A stretch of DNA of 64,000 bases from Rhodospirillales bacterium (GTDB taxonomy: Bacteria; Pseudomonadota; Alphaproteobacteria; Bin95), in contig VMCJ01000011.1 in the NCBI GenBank assembly GCA_008081395.1, positions 14,264 to 78,263 of the forward strand, given 5' to 3'. Shown one piece after another: positions 1-9,639 of this stretch (position 1 is its first letter; the number at the start of each line of letters is the position of its first letter). The notes under the pieces are model-generated. The model was not told the DNA's origin, searched no databases, and saw only the letters and a list, made by a program, of their open reading frames with translations. Both the position numbers and the translations under genes were made by a program.

Positions 1-429
1 CTTAACCAGGAGCGCTTGTTGTTGGCTGCAAATGGTGGGGGTGCTTCTCTTCGTTGTATCGATGTTTCTCGGGCTTTTGCACGGGAACGTTCCGCATTTG
101 GCAGCAAAATAGCCAACTATCAGGCCATTAGTCACAAATTTGCTGATATGCATGCTTTAACGGAGGCTGCACGACTGGTTACATTCCATGCCGCCGAGAT
201 GCTCGACGCGGGGGAAAATGCTGTTTCTGAAACTACAACGGCGAAGATAGTGGCAACTGACAATAACTATCGAGTTGCGGATCTTGCTATGCAGGTTATG
301 GGGGGCGCGGGTTATGTAGATGGTGAGATGCAGCGTCTCTTTAGAGAAGCCCGCCTTGGCCCAATTGGTGGCGGATCGAATGAAATTCTTCGAAATGTGC
401 TTGCAGCAAGAATGGATTTGCGAGGTTAA
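1..429 (+). CDS. acyl-CoA dehydrogenase, C-terminal fragment; 5' end lies outside the window
   Basis: The translation carries the acyl-CoA dehydrogenase C-terminal helical-domain signature (GGxGY..RLxREARLxPIGGGSNEI). The ORF runs off the left edge of the window. Confidence 0.7.
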   Translation, partial: LNQERLLLAANGGGASLRCIDVSRAFARERSAFGSKIANYQAISHKFADMHALTEAARLVTFHAAEMLDAGENAVSETTTAKIVATDNNYRVADLAMQVMGGAGYVDGEMQRLFREARLGPIGGGSNEILRNVLAARMDLRG

Positions 430-1913
430 TCCAAATAACGGTGCTTGATATGTGTTTCAAATGCATCTGTTGAAAGAGGTCTACCGGTTACTGCTGCGAT
501 TAGGTCATTGCTCGACGCGTGGAGGCAGCCTTGGCTATGGATTTCCCTTGCCATAAAATCTTGGAGGCTACTGTAGTCACCATTTCCAAGTTCGGTTGCT
601 AGCTTTTCCTTCCCTATTTCCTTTTCTGCTGTTTGGAAGAGCTGTGCGGCAGTAAGAGCGCCAAGAGTATATGTTGGAAAATAGCCAAATGCTCCGTCGA
701 ACCAATGTATGTCCTGTAAACAACCCTCTAGGTCGTCCGGTCCTGGAAGACCTAGGTGAGTTTCTAGATGGTCATTCCAGGCGGTTTTGAGATCCTTGGG
801 TTGAAGGTCACCTGATATCAGACCTTGCTCTAACTCAAAACGAAGGATTATGTGGATTGGATACGTCACTTCGTCTGCTTCAACCCTGACATAGCTTGGT
901 TGAACAAACTGCAAGGCGCGCCGAACGTAATCTGCAGATGTTCTGTACCCAGCCTCATTCAGAATACCTGAGAGGAAACTGCTCATTTCCCGGGAGCGCC
1001 CTGCTTGCATTTCGAAAGTTAGTGATTGGCTTTCGTGCATTGTCATCCCCGCGGCAGCACCTACAGGCTGATTGCGCCAGACCTTTGGTTGGCCTCGGGT
1101 ATAAGCGGCATGGCCAGCTTCATGAAGGACTGCCATTAAGCCAGAGAGAGCATCATCCTTATCCCAACGAGCTGTAATTCTGGCATCTTCGATGGTGCCT
1201 GTTGAGAAAGGATGAATGCTCTCATCCATTCGACCATGTTCAAAGTCAAAACCTATAGTTTTAAGCAATCGTATGCCCATTTTTCGCTGATCTGTAACAT
1301 CAGCTCTAATGGCCGGTTCTGATGGCCATTTCCCCTGCTTTTCAATGATCTCTGGAATTATTTCAGCTAGGAACTGACTTAGACGATCAAAAATGGTCTC
1401 AATCTCATTTGCCTTGCGGCCGGGGTCATATTGATCGAGTAGTGCATCATAAGGTGAGAGAGCCTTTGCATCCCCTAAGGCCGCGGCTTCTTCGCGTACA
1501 AGATTAACTAGTGGTTCAAATGCTGGTAGCACTACATTAAAATCATTCTCATTCCGTGCTAGACGCCAAGCGGTTTCCGACTTTGCCTTAGCGTGAGCGA
1601 GGGCAGTTACTAGTTCTGGGGATACTGCTGTTGCAGCTGTGTGCATTCGCTGCATTTCGCGAAAATTGGCTTGATACCAAACATCATCTTTAACAGAAGC
1701 CGTTGCTAGGAGGTCCCCTATCTCTGGGTTGGATATGATTGCATGTGAGGCTTCAGCAAGTACTGCCAATTGTTCACTGCGATCCAGGATTCCTCCTTTT
1801 GGCATAGTTACGCTTTGATCCCAATGGAGCCAGCTGGCAGCTTCATCAATGCGAATTGCACGAGCAAAACGTTTTTCCAGTTCCTGCAGTGCAGTCACGA
1901 TAGCCAAGTTCTC
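426..1913 (-). CDS. M32 family carboxypeptidase (carboxypeptidase Taq-like)
   Basis: HEAGHAAY zinc-binding motif, HESQS motif and the DIHWxxGxFGYFPTY C-terminal motif are present. Length is ~495-518 aa. The first in-frame start (GTG at 1982) overlaps the upstream tlyC-like gene by 59 nt. A TTG at 1913 preceded by GGAGA, just after the upstream stop at 1924, is the more plausible start. Confidence 0.75.
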   Translation of the reverse strand, partial: ENLAIVTALQELEKRFARAIRIDEAASWLHWDQSVTMPKGGILDRSEQLAVLAEASHAIISNPEIGDLLATASVKDDVWYQANFREMQRMHTAATAVSPELVTALAHAKAKSETAWRLARNENDFNVVLPAFEPLVNLVREEAAALGDAKALSPYDALLDQYDPGRKANEIETIFDRLSQFLAEIIPEIIEKQGKWPSEPAIRADVTDQRKMGIRLLKTIGFDFEHGRMDESIHPFSTGTIEDARITARWDKDDALSGLMAVLHEAGHAAYTRGQPKVWRNQPVGAAAGMTMHESQSLTFEMQAGRSREMSSFLSGILNEAGYRTSADYVRRALQFVQPSYVRVEADEVTYPIHIILRFELEQGLISGDLQPKDLKTAWNDHLETHLGLPGPDDLEGCLQDIHWFDGAFGYFPTYTLGALTAAQLFQTAEKEIGKEKLATELGNGDYSSLQDFMAREIHSQGCLHASSNDLIAAVTGRPLSTDAFETHIKHRYLD

Positions 1914-1923
1914 CGATTTATTT

Positions 1924-3240
1924 TTAATGTAGCCGGACTTGCGGGGGTGTAACACGGATTTGAGCGATTTGGTTCCGTGCACGGCGTAATATACGGAAAC
2001 GGTATCGGTGGAATTCGAAGGTTTGCCCTACTTCAGGGAGCATTCGCGCTTCGTGCATAATTAGGCCAGCCAGCGTTGTTGCATCGTCGTCTGGTAAGTT
2101 CCAGTCAAATTCACGATTCAAATCCCTAATGTGGGTAGCTCCCGGCACCATGTAACTTCCATCAGGCTGTCTCCGAACTCCCGCAAGTGGAAGGTCATGT
2201 TCATCGGCAATATCACCAACAATCTCTTCGAGTATGTCTTCAAGGGTCGCCACTCCCATGAATGCTCCATACTCGTCAACAACAAGAGCAAAATGCTCTC
2301 TCCTCCGACGAAACTCCTGAAGTTGGTCTAACAAAGTAGTAGATTCAGGAACAAACCAGGGGGGAGAGGCTACTTTGTTGATTTCAATTCCTGCCGGATT
2401 GCCGCCTGCAGCTTGGACTGCACGCAGCAGCGCTTTAGCGTGAAGAACCCCAACAATATTTTCAGCGGATTCCTGCCAAATAGGAATTCTAGTATAAGGG
2501 CTAGAGAGGACTTCGGTCACGATTTCTTCTGAAGGCCGACTGCCATCTACCATCACGACTTTGCTTCGGTGCGTCATCGCCTCACCTACTTCCAACTCTG
2601 CCAGTTCTAAGATGCTGTGCAGCATCTGTCGTTCAGACTGACTTTCTTCATCGCCGTGATGCATATCAATGGCGCCGCGGAGTGCTTCCTGTCTTTCCTC
2701 CACCGCCTCAATGGCGCGATTATCAATATTTTTACTGTCACTAAAAATACGAAGAACGCAGTTAACTATCCACTGGATCGATCGCGAAATTGGTGCCAGG
2801 AAGCCCACGATGAATCGGACTGCTGGTGCTACCGCTAGAGCGGCTCGGTCTGGGTGATTTATAGCGAAAGTTTTTGGTGCAACCTCAGAAAAGATTAAAA
2901 CAAGCAGTGTCATGCCCAGCGTCGCATAAGCCACACCAGCTTCGCCAAAGAGCTTTATTAGTGCATTCGTTGCAATGGATGCGGCTAGAATGTTAACGAG
3001 GTTGTTACCAAGTAGCAGGGCACCTAACAAATCTTCCTTACGGTCACCCAGTCTGCGAACCATCCGCGCGCGTTTGTCACCCTTACGAGCAAGATGATGC
3101 ATCCGAGGTCTGTTAACAGCAGTGAGTGCTGTTTCAGAACCTGAGAAGAATGCTGACAATAATAAAAGAAATAGAATTGTAAGGATTGAAAGCCAAAATT
3201 CCCAATCCTCACCGATTAGGAAATTTGTTTGATCGATCAT
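1924..3240 (-). CDS. HlyC/CorC (TlyC) family membrane protein (DUF21 + CBS pair + CorC_HlyC domains)
   Basis: The N-terminus has TM helices with the GSETAL motif, followed by CBS-type segments and a C-terminal transporter-associated domain. The start overlaps the aroB stop (ATGA). Confidence 0.8.
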   Translation of the reverse strand: MIDQTNFLIGEDWEFWLSILTILFLLLLSAFFSGSETALTAVNRPRMHHLARKGDKRARMVRRLGDRKEDLLGALLLGNNLVNILAASIATNALIKLFGEAGVAYATLGMTLLVLIFSEVAPKTFAINHPDRAALAVAPAVRFIVGFLAPISRSIQWIVNCVLRIFSDSKNIDNRAIEAVEERQEALRGAIDMHHGDEESQSERQMLHSILELAELEVGEAMTHRSKVVMVDGSRPSEEIVTEVLSSPYTRIPIWQESAENIVGVLHAKALLRAVQAAGGNPAGIEINKVASPPWFVPESTTLLDQLQEFRRRREHFALVVDEYGAFMGVATLEDILEEIVGDIADEHDLPLAGVRRQPDGSYMVPGATHIRDLNREFDWNLPDDDATTLAGLIMHEARMLPEVGQTFEFHRYRFRILRRARNQIAQIRVTPPQVRLH

Positions 3241-4352
3241 GGTGATAACGCCTCGCTCAAAGTCGCTTTAATCGCGGCTACTTCTGAATTGGGACATACA
3301 AAGGCTTTCCCAATTCCTCGGGCTAGAATGAGTGTTATATTGCTATCAACCGATTTTTTATCAGCTTTCATTCTTTTTAAAAGCGCCTCTATGGTTGGCA
3401 CAGATTGGTTTCCAGTTAGATCAGGGCGCACGGGAAGGCCAACAGCTTTTAAGCTTTCACAAACTCGGATTGACTCTTCTTTACTGATCAACCCTAAGCG
3501 AGCGGAATGATGGAACGCCAACGCCATCCCTATTGAAACAGCCTCTCCGTGTAATAGACTACCATTGTAACCGGCTTCTGCCTCGAAGGCGTGACCAAAA
3601 GTGTGCCCGAGATTTAACAGGGCTCGTTGCCCGGCTTCTCGCTCATCTGCAGCGACAATCTCTGCTTTCGCACGGCAGCATTCTGATACAGCGCTTGCCA
3701 TTAATTCGAGGTTACCGGAAAGAGCTGCAGCGCCGTTTGAGTCCAGCCATTCGAAGAAATTAGGCCTGTTTATTAAACCATATTTGATAACTTCAGCATA
3801 TCCTGCAAGCAAATCGCGTCTGGGTAATGTTTGTAGAACGTCGAGATCCGCTAGAACTAGTTTAGGTTGATGAAAGGTACCTACCAGATTTTTCCCAGCG
3901 CCTAGATTGATGGCGGTTTTCCCTCCAACGGAACTATCTACTTGGGCTAGCAAAGTAGTGGGTATCTGAACAAAATCCAGACCGCGTAATAACACTGATG
4001 ATGCAAATCCTGCCAAATCACCTATGACGCCACCGCCCAAAGCGACAACTGTTGTGCGTCGATCGATACCAAGTGAGAGAGCCTGCTCTAAAAGGTTAGA
4101 AAACGTATTAAAGGATTTACTTGCCTCACCGGGAGCGACCTTAATGAGCTCAGTACGGAAACCGCAGACTTTTAGGCTTGCAGAAAGGCGGGGCCAATGA
4201 AGGCCAGCGACGCTTGCATCGGCTACGACAAGAAGTCGATCATGACACCCAACGGCGCGTATATGTTCCCCTGCTCGATCAAGAAGCCCGGATCCTATAA
4301 GGATGTCATAGCTTCGTTCATTCAGGTCCACGCGAACAGTTTTGTAGCTCAT
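3237..4352 (-). CDS. aroB: 3-dehydroquinate synthase
   Basis: Glycine-rich NAD-binding region (GGGVIGDLAGF) and metal-binding His residues are present. Length is 371 aa. It is immediately downstream of aroK with a 4-nt overlap. Confidence 0.9.
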   Translation of the reverse strand: MSYKTVRVDLNERSYDILIGSGLLDRAGEHIRAVGCHDRLLVVADASVAGLHWPRLSASLKVCGFRTELIKVAPGEASKSFNTFSNLLEQALSLGIDRRTTVVALGGGVIGDLAGFASSVLLRGLDFVQIPTTLLAQVDSSVGGKTAINLGAGKNLVGTFHQPKLVLADLDVLQTLPRRDLLAGYAEVIKYGLINRPNFFEWLDSNGAAALSGNLELMASAVSECCRAKAEIVAADEREAGQRALLNLGHTFGHAFEAEAGYNGSLLHGEAVSIGMALAFHHSARLGLISKEESIRVCESLKAVGLPVRPDLTGNQSVPTIEALLKRMKADKKSVDSNITLILARGIGKAFVCPNSEVAAIKATLSEALSP

Positions 4353-4945
4353 TTGGGCTCCACTGGTGCGACTACACCAATTTCAATCAGCTTTGCTTCA
4401 GCAGTACTTGCTGTGGTGTCGACCGACGTGTCATTACTACTGATAACGATATCAGCTTCAGAATACGATGAAAGTCGGGCATTCAGGAGTTTTTCTAATT
4501 CTGCTCTTGGGTCCGAGACGTACAGCATTGGCCTGTTTGTTCTCCGTGAGACGCGCTGAAATAGCGTGTCCAAATCAGTGTCGATCCAGATACTGGCAGC
4601 TCTCTCCTTGGTTTTTTTTCGTGTTACTGGGTCTGCAAATGCTCCTCCGCCTAACGCGAGGATATGAGGAGGGTCATCTAGAAGGCGTGATATTACTCGA
4701 CGTTCACCTTCTCGAAATCCTGCTTCGCCTAATGAACTAAATATTTCTGGAATTGTGCATCCCGCAGCACGTTCAATTTCTGTATCCGCATCTAAAAATT
4801 TAGCTTCTAAGCGCTGCGCAAGTTTTCGCCCGATAGTGCTTTTGCCAGCTCCCATCATTCCCACTAGGACGACAGTGCGTTTTAGTCGGTAAGGTTTGTT
4901 TAGTTTGGCTTCTTTGGAATTCATTTCGTCTCGACAATCCGTCAT
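4349..4945 (-). CDS. aroK: shikimate kinase
   Basis: Walker A GMMGAGKST and the shikimate kinase fold are present. Length is 198 aa. It overlaps the aroB start. Confidence 0.85.
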   Translation of the reverse strand: MTDCRDEMNSKEAKLNKPYRLKRTVVLVGMMGAGKSTIGRKLAQRLEAKFLDADTEIERAAGCTIPEIFSSLGEAGFREGERRVISRLLDDPPHILALGGGAFADPVTRKKTKERAASIWIDTDLDTLFQRVSRRTNRPMLYVSDPRAELEKLLNARLSSYSEADIVISSNDTSVDTTASTAEAKLIEIGVVAPVEPK

Positions 4946-5171
4946 GGAATCGCCATGGTTTGCTTTTTATATTAGCACATAACGTAAGCAGGCTCCTCTA
5001 AAGGCTGCTTCGCCGCTGATAATGGCCTCGTGCGTGGGAGAAGATTTGTGATCGGCCGAGTTTTGGGGTTTTTAGTGTTATTGATAATAGTAGTATTGCT
5101 TGGTGGCGCTGTCTTCCTTGCTTACTGGGATATTCCAGCTTCGACTTCAACAGTAGAGAAAGTGCTGCCGA

Positions 5172-6779
5172 ATGAGCGTTTTCCAGACTAGATTCATCGT
5201 AGCTTTATCATTTGTTTTAACGTGTGGCTCAGCGATTGCCCAGGATGAAGTTAAAACAAGCCAAATTGCAGGAGGTCTTGATGTTGCTGCCGTAGGAGCT
5301 CTTGGCTCTGAAGAGGCAAGAATGCCAAGTAATATATGGTCTGGTTCAAATAGGGCGGTTGTTGCTCAACTGGTGTCTGATTTGCCGGTCCGAATTAGTT
5401 CACCTACGCTTGCAGATGTAACCCGACGTGTATTGGCGGCGGCAGCTGAGCCGCCTGCGGGTGATCAATTAGTTCCTAATTTTGCTCACGTTCGAGCAAA
5501 CGCTTTACTGCGTATTGGGCATGCTGATCTTGCGGCTCGTATAATTTCTGGTCTTCCAAGAGTAGGTCGCCAGGAAGAAAGTGATATTACTCTTATTAAA
5601 GCAAATCTTTTAACTCGAGACGTAGCGGGCTCCTGCGAAGTGGCACGCGAGCGGTTAGGCAGAGCTAAGTCTTCCATATTTGCAAAAGTGAATGCTTTTT
5701 GTGATGTTTTATCTGGCGATATAAGTCGCGCGCATTTTAGTGCCGCTCTTGTAGCTGAACTTGCACCAGAAGATAGTGCCTATTTTGAGCTTCTGGGACT
5801 GCTCTTCCATGAAGGTGCAAAACCAGGTCCTGCAATCGGAAATTTAATTAATCCTTCTCCCTTACACAGAGCTATGCTGGCTACTGCAGGTTTATCGCCC
5901 GAAATCTTACCTGCGGGAGGCCTCCCTGACCCGTTTTCCGAAGATGCAGTTGCGGTTGAGATGCTTTTGGCAACGGATCCAATAGCAAGTCCGGCTTTGC
6001 GGCAAGAAGCTGGCCAGTACTCAATTCTGGCAAATGCTTTGAAGATTGAGGATGCTCGCCAACTTCTTATGGTTGCTGGTTCCCCCGATGCACCTTTTGG
6101 GCTTGCTGAAGTTGTTAGGATATCTAGTGGTTCTGAACGCGCAATTGCGATGGGTCAGTTTTTGGATATAGCAAGAAATTCAGCAGCTGCGGCAACGATG
6201 GCAAGGCTTGCCTTACCAATACTCACTAATCTTCCAACGACCGATATCAGTCCTGAAATAGGTGGAAAAGTTGCTCGCGGTCTCGTCTTAGCTGCGGCAA
6301 TAGATATGGCAAAGGGTTGGTTGGATCAGCTGGAGGCAGCTTCTGCAAGTGAAGAATTGGTCAAGCTTTCACAGGTCCTCGCGATCGCTAGTGGCAGAGA
6401 TTTAAAACCTTTTACCGGGGAAGAGGCTCTTGTCTGGGTAAAAGCAATGGATCCCGCGTCTATAGCTGAAAAAGCCTCTCTGCTTGAGCTATTGCGCCGA
6501 TCAGTTGGCTTGACCACATCACCAGTACTTGAGGCCATTGGATTGGTAACAGACGTAAAATCAACTATCCCACCTTCTGATTTAATGCCCTTAGAGGTGG
6601 CTGGGGCTGAGAAGCTTGTTGGGGAAACCATTTTGCGCGCGGTAAAATTTGTTAGCAACGGAGGTCAGTCAGACCAGCCTTTGCGGCTGGCAGCTGCCTC
6701 AAAAGCTCTGTTTGAGGTTGGACTTATAGATGAAGCGCGTTTGATAGCAGCGGAGGCTGCTATTATGGGTGGCTTGTGA
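5172..6779 (+). CDS. hypothetical Ala/Leu-rich secreted protein
   Basis: N-terminal signal peptide (MSVFQTRFIVALSFVLTCGSAIAQDE). The ORF is 535 aa with no recognisable catalytic motif. It lies between aroK and xerD, as conserved hypotheticals do in other alphaproteobacteria. Confidence 0.5.
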   Translation: MSVFQTRFIVALSFVLTCGSAIAQDEVKTSQIAGGLDVAAVGALGSEEARMPSNIWSGSNRAVVAQLVSDLPVRISSPTLADVTRRVLAAAAEPPAGDQLVPNFAHVRANALLRIGHADLAARIISGLPRVGRQEESDITLIKANLLTRDVAGSCEVARERLGRAKSSIFAKVNAFCDVLSGDISRAHFSAALVAELAPEDSAYFELLGLLFHEGAKPGPAIGNLINPSPLHRAMLATAGLSPEILPAGGLPDPFSEDAVAVEMLLATDPIASPALRQEAGQYSILANALKIEDARQLLMVAGSPDAPFGLAEVVRISSGSERAIAMGQFLDIARNSAAAATMARLALPILTNLPTTDISPEIGGKVARGLVLAAAIDMAKGWLDQLEAASASEELVKLSQVLAIASGRDLKPFTGEEALVWVKAMDPASIAEKASLLELLRRSVGLTTSPVLEAIGLVTDVKSTIPPSDLMPLEVAGAEKLVGETILRAVKFVSNGGQSDQPLRLAAASKALFEVGLIDEARLIAAEAAIMGGL

Positions 6780-7673
6780 GTGTTACCTGGCCATCTTGAA
6801 CAGTTTTTTGAGATGCTTCTTGCGGAGCGGGGAGCAGCTAAAAACACAATAGAGGCCTACCGCCGTGACTTAGTTGCCGTTGCTGAATATCTCCTACCGC
6901 AAGCCTTAGATACTATTACCTCTGTTGGGCTCACAGATTACTTAAGTTCGATTGCTGAGGAGGGAATGAGCCCGCGTACCAGTTCTCGGCGGTTATCAGC
7001 TTTGCGTCAGTATTTTGGGTTTCTCGTTCAAGAAGGCATCCGGACCGACAATCCAACCATTAAAATTGACAGGCCAAAGCTTGGGCGACCCTTGCCAAAA
7101 TATCTAACTGAATTTGAGGTTGAAGCTTTGCTGACGGCCGCACGCTTACAGCGCGGACGACATGGAAGACGGTTAACTTTAATTGTGGAGCTGCTTTACG
7201 CAACCGGGCTGAGGATTTCTGAGCTTGTGACATTACCAGCTAGCGCGGCAAAGGCACAGGATGCGTTGATAATTTATGGTAAAGGAGGAAAAGAGCGCCT
7301 GGTGCCCCTAGGAAGACAGGCAATCTCAGCGATGCAATCTTATGAAAAAGACAGAAACTCGTTTTATATGGGCCAAGGTGACAGCCCGTGGCTGTTTCCA
7401 TCGCGAGGAAAGGGTGGTCATATATCAAGAAGACGAGTTGGGCAGATGCTTGATGAGTTAGCGGTTGAGGCTGGTATCGAGGTTCAAAAAGTCTCACCTC
7501 ATGTCCTGCGTCACGCTTTTGCCACTCATCTTCTGCATAATGGGGCAGATTTGCGAACGGTTCAGGAGCTTCTAGGACATGAAGACCTTTCAACCACAGA
7601 AATATACACTCATATTCTGGACGAAAGAATGAAAAGCCTTGTTCTGCAAAAGCACCCCTTAGCCATTGAGTAA
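6780..7673 (+). CDS. xerD: site-specific tyrosine recombinase XerD
   Basis: The N-terminal LEQFLEMLxAERGAAxNTIxAYRRDL block matches the XerD signature. The C-terminal catalytic HxxRH..Y (HVLRHAFATHLL ... EIYTH) is present. Length is 297 aa. Confidence 0.85.
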   Translation: MLPGHLEQFFEMLLAERGAAKNTIEAYRRDLVAVAEYLLPQALDTITSVGLTDYLSSIAEEGMSPRTSSRRLSALRQYFGFLVQEGIRTDNPTIKIDRPKLGRPLPKYLTEFEVEALLTAARLQRGRHGRRLTLIVELLYATGLRISELVTLPASAAKAQDALIIYGKGGKERLVPLGRQAISAMQSYEKDRNSFYMGQGDSPWLFPSRGKGGHISRRRVGQMLDELAVEAGIEVQKVSPHVLRHAFATHLLHNGADLRTVQELLGHEDLSTTEIYTHILDERMKSLVLQKHPLAIE

Positions 7674-7737
7674 TAGGGCAGCATCTCTAATCTCCACCGT
7701 CACGGTCAAGACAATCACCATTTTCGGGATGCAGAAA

Positions 7738-8604
7738 TTAAGTCAATAATTCCTGTGGGTTGCTGAAAGAGCTTCTAAACCGTTCACGCAATTTGTTCAG
7801 GGCTCGTTTTTCAAGCTGGCGCACACGCTCTTTACTCACACCCAACTCTGCCCCAAGAGCTTCGAGAGTCAGTGTGTCTTCCTCTAATAGCCTTGCTTGG
7901 ATTATCCGTGCCTCTCTTACCGGTAAGTCTGAAAGAGCGCTCTGGACCCAATCAGATCGTATTTCCGCATCTTTCGCTTCTATTGTAACGGCTTCGGGGG
8001 TCGGGCGATCATCTACCAGGTAGTCTTGCCAGGAAAGATCAGTCTCCTCTCCCACCGGAGCGTTCAACGACTGGTCTGACGCTGATAATCGGGCAGACAT
8101 ACCTTGTACATCACGCTCGGGCACCTTTAATTCTGCTGCGATTTCTTTACGCCCCGCATCATCAAGTAACTTTCCCGTTCGACCCTCAATCCTGGCGCGA
8201 AGCCGACGAAGGTTGAAGAAAAGAGATTTTTGCGATGATGTCGTTCCAGTTCTTACAATCGACCAGTTTCTCAGAATGTAGTCTTGCATTGCAGAACGCA
8301 CCCACCAAGAAGCGTAGGTAGAAAACCTAATATCGCGCTCTGGTTCAAAGCGCGCGGCAGCCTGCATAAGACCTACATTGCCCTCTTGGATCAGATCAGC
8401 AAGTGGCAGTCCATAATTGCGAAACTTAACGGCCATACCAGCCACAAGACGACCATAAGAAGTAATCAATTCGTGTAAGGCTAGCTCGTCTTCTTCGTCA
8501 CGCCAGGCCTTAGCTAAGGAAAGTTCTCGCTCTCGAGTGAGCAGAGGAGTGCTCATCGATGATCGAACCAGGCGCATTCCGTTGTTTTGCGATATATGGG
8601 TCAT
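7738..8604 (-). CDS. rpoH: RNA polymerase sigma-32 heat-shock factor
   Basis: Sigma-70 regions 2 and 4 are present, along with the RpoH box (QRKLFFNLRK-like: QKSLFFNLRRLR). Length is 288 aa. A GGAAGGGA RBS precedes the ATG. Confidence 0.85.
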   Translation of the reverse strand: MTHISQNNGMRLVRSSMSTPLLTRERELSLAKAWRDEEDELALHELITSYGRLVAGMAVKFRNYGLPLADLIQEGNVGLMQAAARFEPERDIRFSTYASWWVRSAMQDYILRNWSIVRTGTTSSQKSLFFNLRRLRARIEGRTGKLLDDAGRKEIAAELKVPERDVQGMSARLSASDQSLNAPVGEETDLSWQDYLVDDRPTPEAVTIEAKDAEIRSDWVQSALSDLPVREARIIQARLLEEDTLTLEALGAELGVSKERVRQLEKRALNKLRERFRSSFSNPQELLT

Positions 8605-8709
8605 ATTGAGTCCCTTCCTGGAGCAACATTATTTGCAACTCACAAGGGAATACGATGCTTTTAGCTTTGCGGATCACCCGCATACGCATTTTGAATCTAA
8701 ATTTAAGAT

Positions 8710-8745
8710 CAAAACGCAAAAAGCAGCTGACGGTTAGCCAGCTGC
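8710..8745 (-). terminator. rho-independent terminator downstream of carD
   Basis: On the minus strand the sequence reads GCAGCUG-gcuaaccgu-CAGCUGC followed by UUUUUGCGUUUUG. It sits ~30 nt after the carD stop. Confidence 0.6.
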
Positions 8746-8774
8746 CTTTCTAGAATCACAGTCGCTTCTTAGGT

Positions 8775-9278
8775 TTAAGCTGCAGCTGATCGCAATTGGG
8801 CTACGATTTTCTCTTCTGCTGCCGCTTCATCAATTTTATCGATGGCAGCTACCTCACGAGTAAGCCTCTCCAATGCAGATTGATAAATCTGACGCTCACT
8901 ATATGACTGATCAGGTTGGTCAGCATTTCTATGGAGGTCTCGCACTACTTCAGCAATCGACACTGGATCGCCAGAGTTAATCTTAGCTTCATACTCTTGC
9001 GCCCGACGGCTCCACATCGCTCGACGAACCCGAACTTTTCCAGTCAGAGTTTTCATTGCGACTTGAATATCTTTTTTAGAAGAAAGACTTCTGAGGCCTG
9101 CAGACTCAAGCTTGTCTAATGGAATCCGTAAGGTCATTTTCTCTTTTTCAAACTCTACAACTAGTAATTCTAGCTTTTCGCCAGCAATTTCTTGAGTTTG
9201 AACAGCTTTCACCTGACCGACCCCGTGTGCCGGATAGACAACGTAATCGCCAGTGCGATGTTTGGCAGCTTTGCTCAT
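8775..9278 (-). CDS. carD: CarD/CdnL family transcriptional regulator
   Basis: N-terminal RNAP-interacting domain (GDYVVYPAHGVGQVKAV) and the C-terminal helical domain are present. Length is 167 aa. Confidence 0.85.
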   Translation of the reverse strand: MSKAAKHRTGDYVVYPAHGVGQVKAVQTQEIAGEKLELLVVEFEKEKMTLRIPLDKLESAGLRSLSSKKDIQVAMKTLTGKVRVRRAMWSRRAQEYEAKINSGDPVSIAEVVRDLHRNADQPDQSYSERQIYQSALERLTREVAAIDKIDEAAAEEKIVAQLRSAAA

Positions 9279-9639
9279 CAGTAATGTATAAGCCTCGATT
9301 TCAATATGGTCAGATTATAATATGTGCACGAAATGGTGAGGAAACACCTGTCTCGTAAGTTTAGATAGTAACGGTCTGTACTACAAAATTATGACAAAAA
9401 AAAGATAAATATGAAAACGATATGATCGGAATATTAAAAATAAAAATTATATAAAAAAACATTTTCTCCAATTCAAAAAAATAAAAAGTAAATTCAACAA
9501 AATTTTAAAAATTTCCAGAGTGTTATGTTTTCTATGATTTTATAATTTTATTTTAAATTCACGTATTTATCGCGTGAGAATTTAAGTGATACTTAATCGC
9601 AACAGAATTTTCCTACGAATTTTCTATTTAAATACACTA

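Noticed and set aside
896-1177. Numerous 60-170 aa ORFs on the opposite strand inside long genes (e.g. 896-1177, 24474-24983, 61699-62577, 46847-47251)
   Set aside because: These are shadow ORFs. They are fully contained in well-supported genes, have no motifs, and show low-complexity or Arg/Ser/Ala-rich compositions typical of antisense frames.
6780-7673. Tyrosine recombinase as a possible mobile-element integrase
   Set aside because: The N-terminal block is the XerD signature, the gene is in housekeeping context (aroKB, rpoH), and no att repeats or phage genes flank it. It is chromosome-dimer resolvase XerD.
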